From assembly GCA_030698625.1 (NCBI GenBank), contig JAUYMS010000042.1, positions 92,150-156,149 on the forward strand: a stretch of DNA of 64,000 nt. The letters are read 5' to 3'. Positions 54,101-63,100 of this stretch are shown here, one piece after another; the first letter of the stretch is position 1, and every line of letters starts with the position of its first letter. The translations under genes and the position numbers were made by a program. The stretch comes from Candidatus Omnitrophota bacterium. Lineage in GTDB: Bacteria > Omnitrophota > Omnitrophia > Omnitrophales > Aquincolibacteriaceae. A model generated the notes under the pieces. It was given only the letters and a program-made list of their open reading frames with translations, did no database searches and was not told where the DNA came from.

Positions 54101-57100
54101 TCCCTCAATGTCGCCCATGGGGAAAAAGACGATGCCGTCGAGGTTCAACTCATCCATGACACGAAGCGCAAAAGCAACGTGTCCCCAGTGCGTGGGGTCA
54201 AAGGTACCGCCAAAGACGCCCAGATGAACCTGCGATTGTGGCTTGGAAGCCGACATGGCCTGCCCCTCGTGAACGCGAAGAGTCGCATAGGGCTGAATCA
54301 CCCCGTCACGAATTTTTTGTTCGATTGATTTCAGATTCGCGATGATCTGCCGCTTTGTCGCCAGAAACCTTTCGGTAAGCGCCTCATCATCGACGGCATC
54401 AAGCTCCTCTTCAGTGGGAAAAGCCGCTTGAATCATACCGAGGGAAGGCATGCCCTCGAGCGGCAGTGTCTCATCCAAGGAAATTGTTTTCTCGATAATC
54501 GGATCCCCGATGGCCTCGAAGGCGCGGCGGGCTGCGTGCCGGATTCTGGCAACAGGATGATCGTAATACACGGTCAGCGTATAGAGTACATCGGGACTTA
54601 CCTCTAACATGCGTATCGGATCCGAATATTCAGCCAATGTCTCCATCGCCTCAACCACGAGAGCGATCTGATCGTCGCGCAAATCACGCTTCGAGAGGTG
54701 ATTTAGATACCGCGCCGCCGTACGGATGTGAAGGGTGTCTCTGTTTTCTACCGTATCCAACGGGGCGCTGAGACGATCGAAGGCCTTCTGCGCCGCCATG
54801 CGGACATCTACGGAGCGTTCGGTCTTCGAAACATAGTCCGCCCAACGGATCAAGACAACATAGATATCAGGATTGATTTCCAGGAGCGGCTCGGGACTTT
54901 CGAATTTCGCCAAAGCCTCCAGAATGCTGACAGCGAGATCCTCTTCCTTCGGCGTCAGCCTTTCACTCTGATAGGCCCTTAGAAAGTTTGTGATGACGTG
55001 AACGGACTCGACGATAGCATCATCCAGCTGTGTTTGAGCAAATCGCGCCGGATCTGCATTTAAATTGTGGACCGCCAAAACACCCGCTGCACGGAAATCT
55101 GCTTTTGATAATTCACCCAATGCATAATCGCGCATTACTTTATCGTCACCGAAAGTAACGCGCGTCAGGAATTCAACGGCTGCACCGCTTCGTTGCTCAC
55201 GCATAGCACGCAATGCCGCGTGTACCAGCCCGTCGTCTTCAGTGAAATCAATCGCTTTGACCAGAAAATCAAAAACCTGAGGCGTTCGCACTTCTCCCAA
55301 TTCCCGAAGAGCACGGATGAGAAGCCCACGGTTCACCGTAGGATCTTCCTGATAGAGAAGTCTTTCGATAATCGTAAAGTCATCCAAGCGTGCAAGTGCC
55401 TTGAGGATCGCATACTGCACGATAGGATCCGCCTCCGGTTCTTCATAGACCAGCTTCAGCTTGCTGATCATTCGGTTCCGGTTTTCCTCATCGAGGTCTG
55501 CCCCCAAATTCCCCAGGGCCTCCACGACGACCCTGCGCACGGGAATGCGGCCCCGCTCCACCAGGACACGCTCAAAGAGGCTGTTGACGAGCGCAATGCG
55601 TTCATCTCTTGTTAACCCCTTGAAGTGCCCGCTCAAGAGTACCGCCTCTCGCGCAAGCTCGGGGACTTCCATACGCAAACCGAGCATGGTGAGCATGTAC
55701 CTCAGGAACGGATGAATCGTAATCGCCGTATCCTCACCGCCGTATCCCTCTGAAGCCATACGCAGATGCTTGATAAAGCGCACGCGATTATGCACGTGCC
55801 TCGGATGCGTTGTGGCCTGTAGGCTTTCGGGCGGTAGATGCCCGTCGGGATATAGTTCCGGGTAAGCAGTGGCAATCTTCAGCATCTGACGGACAATAGG
55901 TTCGAGAACGCCTTCGTGCATCGAGTCGTCGTATTCGATGCCTGCGAGGCGACGAAAAATCATAAAAGCATATAAGCTCTGCTCTCCGTACAATTCCTTT
56001 GGCAACACATCCTCGTCGGAAAGGAGAACGTTGAGCTCTTCGATCATCTCCACGATTTCCCTCTTCTTACGAAGCTCTTCGGATTGCAGATTGGTTTCAG
56101 GGGAAATCGCCACCTCTGAGAGTTCGCGGCGGGTCGGCATTGCGATGCCGACAATCTCTCTGCCGTGCTGTTCTAAGAATGCCGACATCGTCCTGGCGCG
56201 GGGATCCACACTTAGCGCTAATTCCTTGCGGACAAGTTCAAAGGTCTGCTTTAAGTGAGTTGCATACTCCTCGCGACCGTAGCGCATGGCGCGGACGAGT
56301 TCTCCGAGCTGCTTGTCGAAGCGCGCAAAGGCCTTGCCGTCGAGCACGGAACGAAAATCACGCATCAATTCGCTGGAAAGGCCGCTTACCTTAAAAATAC
56401 GGCGCGTGAGTCCCTCGCGAAGATCAATGACGCGCTCCACGCGGGACGCCTCATCGCGTAAGCGCCAAAATGCGATACGAATGTCGTTGGCGACAGCATA
56501 AGGTGAGCGTGCCAATACGGAACCAAAACTCACGGAAATTTGCTTCGCACCTAGCTCCGCCGTCCGTTCGCGAACCGTCTCACGCCCGCGCTCGTCATAC
56601 TCACGCACCTTGTTCTCCGAGTGGATCGCGAGAAGCCTCTTTTCATCGTAAACTCGCACCTCATCCAGCACCGGAACGAAAAGGTAGTTTGGGATCACCG
56701 TTTTTGCCAGGAGATCGGGGAAGTCTTCGGTGGTCGTTTTCATCAGAAGCGCCGTCGGATGCTGGCCGGTCGGGCCCGACTCGCCGACACGTACGGGCCT
56801 CAAATTCGTCCACTTATCGCGGCCGAAATTCGGAAGGACAAAATTTAATCTCGCGTCGGGATAAATAATATGGCGCGCACTATCGCCCACCGTGCGCACA
56901 TTAATTTCCCTCGTCAACTGTGCGCGCAAGTAGGACAACCTGTTATCCGCGTTATCGTAGTAGTTCCTAAGCACATTTTTCATGAAGACCTTGCTCAAGG
57001 GTTGCTTTGTCAAGGTCTTCAGCGAAATCCGGCCCGTCGAAGGTATCGCAAGCGTTTCCGTCGCGCCGCCCTTGGACATAAGAATGACGTGGTCGCTGTT

Positions 57101-60100
57101 GTGGCGGTAGCCGATAAAGAGAACGTTTCGCAAATCAGGGCTGACCATGGTGCGTACGAAAAAGTCGCCGTCAGCGATGTGTTGGTTCAGGAATTGAACT
57201 TTTCCGGAAAGGTGAGCTCCAAAATTGAAGTAGATATTCGGGCCAACCTGCCGCCGGCCCAAATTAACCTGTATGACGCGCGCCTGAGACGGTGCCATAG
57301 GAGCGGTCAATCCCGCTAGGATCTCCTGCGATGTCCGGTACAGCAACCGGTGGTCCGCTAAAAGATCCCTCTGCCATTCGACTCTTAACTCAGAGCGCTG
57401 CGACCCATCAGAAATCTCAATCGGGGACGGCCCACGGGCCTGGAACAAAGATGTAGACGGCAGGATGACGGTTCGGGATGGTTCGAAAACGTCGGTCAGA
57501 CGTGACTGCGCGACGGGCAGATGCGGTGCGGGCGATGAACCGTATGGCACATAAGGCGCAAAATGCAGGACTTCTTCCTCGCCTTCGGCTGCGCTGCCTT
57601 TCAGAGTCCGGCCCGTGAAAATAAATAGTTGCGCGGCATCGCGGTCGGGGGCCCTGACATCTATGACAGTGCCCGGTTCGAGTCGGGCGAGCATGGCCTC
57701 AGCCGAGGTCGGGTGCGAATCGGGCCGCGGAGCGAAACGACTGTAGATGCGGAATGCCTGCCGGTCGAGTACTTCGTCCACAGTGAGAGCGCCGGCCCGG
57801 TCCATTTCACGGCGGGCTCTGCGCAAATACCTTAAATCACTGATGGTACGCGCCAAGTCATGCAGGTGTGCGGAAAGCGCTTCCGCGTATTCGGCGGGAG
57901 CAAAGGATTCCTCCGGTTTGAGATAGACGGCATCATCGCTAAGTTTCAAATCATAGGCCTCGAAGAGCCGGCGAAGGCGGTCGGTATGCTGTCCAAGATT
58001 TTCGGACAGAACACGAGGGGGAGCGATGCGGCTAAGAAAGGGCCAAGTCCGGGACCAAGCCCAGGAAGGTCCGGATTTAAGGAAGGCCCGTTCGTGAACC
58101 GCCACAAATGTTTCAGCACCTAGGAGCGCCTCAAATGCGGCAGTCCAATATTTCCGGCGCAGTGTCACAACACGCGGCTTGAAGAATCGCGACTCTGCTG
58201 ACAGCGTCCAGACTCTCGGCGGCTTTTTTCCGAATCGCCCGGCACCGGCCGGGACGTACACATAATATTTCGCCAGCCCTTCCTGCAGCGCGCGCCTTGC
58301 CCAGTCGACTTCCGTCCAGGTCGCAAGCGGTCCCCGCAGGGCCAAGTCAATGCCCCCCTGCGTACCGACTCCGACCAAGACTTCGACCGGCCTGCCTTTT
58401 TGGTCGCGTAGACGGCGAAGATGTTCTCTCAACTCGTTGTAGTCGGTGACCGCCACGGCCGCGGGTTCGGCGCTGCGTGGCTCAAACGTTATGCCGTTGA
58501 TAGTTGCGCCGGTCAGACCCTCGGCGATCTGTTCTACGGTTTCCTCAAACACCTCTTCGGCCTCCCTGCCCCGGGGATCAATCGGCCTTCCCAGATGAAT
58601 TCTCAGGGAAAGCGGCGAAAGTCTGGAAAAAAGTTGGCTGAAAAATTCACCGCGTTTTTCCCGCAACACTTTGCTGCGCTTGTCGAGTTCATGCCGGTCT
58701 TCACCGGCCGCCCTGCCTTTCTTCGCCTTTATCTTATACTTCCTCTTCGCGAGCACGTACCTTGCCCGAGCGGCACGCCACCTGGCAAAGAAAGTAACGA
58801 TACGAGTCTCGCCTGAAATTTGGGTCGGAATCACAAACCGTCCTTCGTTTACGGCAATGCGCGCGAATGTCCCGTGCCAGTCGCGCTTCCATTCGTCGAT
58901 CATGGCACCGGGTTGTATCTCGGCGCGACCCAAAGGAAAGAAGGCCAGACTTTCTCCCGCGCGAACCGCGGCTTGAACTTTGTCAAAGGTTCCGCTCGGC
59001 CCGGCAACTGCCTCCTGGAGCTGTTTGCCCGAGAGGCTTTCGGCCCTGAGCAACAAGAGGATGTCCCTCATCGCCCGTTCAGCCCCATTGCCCAGCAGCG
59101 TCATTGTCAGGGCATCGCCGGGCAGGATTCCGGCTTCTCGGATCATGTCGGGCTTACGCAAGTCGTACACCTGCGATCCCGCATGCAGGGACGCGATAAA
59201 GTGCGGTTTTTGGGGATAATCTTTGAGGATGGCTGCGACCTGATCTGCAGGAAACTCGAGGCCCGCCACCCCTTCCCACCGGACATTTTCGTCCACTTCA
59301 ATGGCCAGTCCTTTGCGGATCAAGACCTGCTGAAGTTTCCCTACTTCCGAGGGCCGGGCAACAAAAAGCGGCAGCCGCCCCGTGCGCAGGTAGAGTTCCG
59401 TGACCAGAACAAGGCCGTCCAGCGTGCTGATGTGGTTGGCGGCGATAATATAATTGTCGCCCTCAGGCAAATTTTCAATGCCTGTAAGCCGGACAAAGTA
59501 CCGGACAAAAATGCGGTAGAACCGCAGCCACCACTTGGCCGGAGCAGGATAGTCTTTAAAGGCCTTGATCGGTGCAACCCTTAGCGGTGGTTCCGCAACC
59601 GGTTTGTCGGGCAAGAGCTCGTCCTGCTGTTCGGTTCTTAACTCAGAGCGCTCGGGCATTGTTCCGGCGGTTTTGTGGTAAAGTTCCAGATTATTCCGAA
59701 GGGTGCGGTCTTTAGAGAAATTGGCGATTACATGGTTACGCATAATGCGCGAGTTGAATTGCCCGGCCTCAGCCCGAGACAACACATTTTTTATTCCCAT
59801 AGCAACATCAAAATCTCTGCGGTCGGCATTGACGAGCATGCCGAGATCAGAAATCGGAAAAGGCCGTTCGGCGTAGCGCGGATCAAACGAAGCACGAATA
59901 CCGGGAATGTCGGTCGCGATCACGGGCTTGCCCATCGCCCAGGCTTCAAGGATCACACGTGTCAGCACCTCGTCTTCCGACATATGGATGAGCGCGTCCG
60001 CGAAACCATAGAGCTGAGGCAATTTGGTCTGCGGTACAAACCCGAGGAAAATCACTTTGTCCCGGAGCGCTTCCGGCAGGCGCCGGATCCGGGCCCGGAC

Positions 60101-63100
60101 CTTACGTTGATATTTCCCGCCACCCGCCCCCGCCAGGACCAGGTAGGTATCCCGCCCCGCGGTCCGGGCATAGGTCTCAAACCCGTCGATTGTCTCGACA
60201 ACGCCCTTCCCCTCGACCATGCGGCCTACATAGAGCAGGACATCCGATTTCGGGCGATCGATTTCCAGGAGGGCTTTCGGCAGTTTTTGCGCCCCGGCGA
60301 GCTTGTCCGGGTCGAAGAATTCCGTGTCCACTCCGTGCGGAATGACAATAATTTTCTCATCGGGCAATCCGTATAAAGCCTTTGCCTTTTCGGCGTGATC
60401 CGGTGTAATCGCGACGAAGTAGTCGGCAAGTCCCACGGCTTTTCTGAAGACATGTTTAACGTGCTCGGGAAAATCTTCGTCAAAAATAATCTCCATGTTG
60501 TGACCGTGGATGCCAAAGAAGATCTTCTTTTCTTCCGACTTATTGTTGATCTCCTCTGCCACGGACGCAGCGGCCAAAGCAAGAACACCCCCGTGATGCG
60601 CATTTAAGACAATCTTCTTATCGGGCGAACGTTCGAGGATGGCGGCAACACGTTCTCTGACGACTTTAACAGCGGCCAAAGCGTAAGCCTCTAACTGTTC
60701 TTCACTCATATCTTTGAAGGCCACGGTCTTCGGCATCGTAGGGTGGGCGTCGAAAAGCGGCACCTCGTCGAGTTCGATCAGAGACACATCAAAGGGAAAC
60801 TCTTCCGGCTTCGTACCCTTGAGCGCTGTCGAAACAACCGCGCTTTCGATTCCGTTCTCGGCATACCACTCCGGCACCGTGGTGACATAGGTCATCGTGC
60901 CGGAACCGCCGGCACGGCTCGGCAGGTAAATAGAGATGTCTACAAGGGCGAGATCTTCACGGGCACTGTTAATCAGTTCACGCAGAGGTAACTCCGGTTC
61001 GTCGGCAGGCAGCGCCTCTACTACCGGTTTCGCAGCCGCTTTGACCTCAACCCGGTAAAGTGGTAGCTCCACCCACCTATCCGAAGAAGGCCTGATGTAA
61101 TCAATCGGTCCATACCAACCGCTCCCCGCTATCCAGACAAGGGTCCCGTTAGAAGACCCCCGTTGATGGGTCCCTATGTCGCCGATCAAGAGTTTGTGCC
61201 CGACAATTCTTACGGCCGCATGATCCCGCGAGACATCGCCTTGATACATGACGATATCGCGGTCCGTGTAGCGGCCCACAGTCACCCTGGCCGATTCCTG
61301 CTCTTCACGATAGCCAACATGCAGGGCCGGGTCGGCGGGAAATTTCCCAACATAATGGCGGGTCCCTTCATCTTCGACAATTTCAACCTCACCGCTTTCC
61401 AATTCCTGAACCGTTAGAGCAACACTTGAAAGCTTAAACCGCCCTTCGCGCACAACCGAACTGCGCTCCTGAATTCTGGGATTTGCAACACGACCCACCA
61501 GAATCTCCGCTTCCTGCAGGTCGTGCTGCTCACGCGCCTGTGCGAACCACCAAGGAACGGCATAACGGCGCTTATGCAACTCAAGACCGGTCGGTGTGAT
61601 GCCTGTGCCCCGGGCAGTATCGCGCAACCTCACGAATTCTCCGTTTGCATTCACGGCAAGATCGAGCTTAAAGACCCAATCTCTGACATCATCCCAACCC
61701 GATGCCGGAACCGTCGCTATGTCTCCGTTCGTAATACGCTTCTGGATTTGCCCCGCCAGCGTTGGATGAAGATCGTCACCGGCCTCGTTCAGAGTCTTGA
61801 CGATCCAGTAAGGATGTCCTCCTCCATCGACCATGAATCCTTCGAGACGCTTCCACTGGCCGGCTTGTCCCTCCTCCGCAATCTGAGAATGGGAAATGCT
61901 CTTATAGGTCATGTAAACTTTCCCTTTGTAACCGATCACCACAAAGTAGCGAACCGCGCGCTTTGCCCCCTGCAATTGCCTGCCGTGCGAATGTCTCTCA
62001 AAAGCCTGCTTAAACATAAGCACTTTATCTTCCTCACCGCGGCGGCCCACCTCGTCTGTGAACGCGTCTAAATCCTCAGCCTCCGAAACCTCCATATCCT
62101 CATCGGTAACCGTCAAGCGCGGCACCGGCAGCTTTTCCTTTTCGAACCGCTTCTCTCCTGTGTGAAGTACCCGGTAGCGACCGATGAAGATATTAAAAAA
62201 TTTAAGATACTCACGGAGTGAGCGGAAACCTTCAATGCGCTTCTGGACAGACTCGTCATTCTCAATCAGGTACAGGAGATTGAAATACCGGGCCATGACC
62301 AGACCGGGGGTTTGCCCATATTCATAAAAGTAGTGCGTGACTGCCAGTTTAAAGTCAGCCAGAAGATCATCATCGAGATACCGTAGGAATTTCCTCGCTC
62401 CGTTATCGAACAGATAGGTTCTCGCCTCCTCAGAAATCGTCTTCCGCGCGTCTTTGATGTCGCGGAGGATATCCCTAGGCTCGAAAAACTTGTCGTCACC
62501 TACCTGAAACCGCAGTTGGGACTTTTCGAACTCATAGAGAATATCCAAATCCCGTTCGCTGCCGAGCAGGCCCTGCAGATAAAAGCGAAAGGCCCGAAAT
62601 AAATTTCTCGAGGCGGCCTGATCGACGAGGCTGCCGTCCGACTCCTCATTGGGGATAATGTTGATACTCTGGCCGAGATCTTCATCCGGCTCCACCTCAA
62701 CCCGAAAGCTGCGGCGATTCTCAGCAATGGGGAAGGCCTTCGCATAGCGGTCGAGTGCCTGTTGAATCTTCACATTCACTTGATCCGGCTCGTCATAGTC
62801 GGAGGGCATCAACTGTGTCACGGTAATGGAGTCATAAACCGACTCGTCAGTCCTGAATACTTTTTCTGCTTCGTCAACTAACAGCTGTTCCCCTCGCGCC
62901 CGAATACGCGCCGCCTTTTCCAACTGTTCGATAAACTCCTCGTCTTCCTCACGCAACAACCGCTGCACCTCTTCCTCGGGCACAAGCTCGCCGTTTTCCT
63001 CATAGCGAATCTTACCCTCGACGTCAACCTCGTATTTGATGCCCTTGTAGAATATTTGCGTATCATCATCCGAGCGCAATTCCGACCGCACTTTGCTGTT

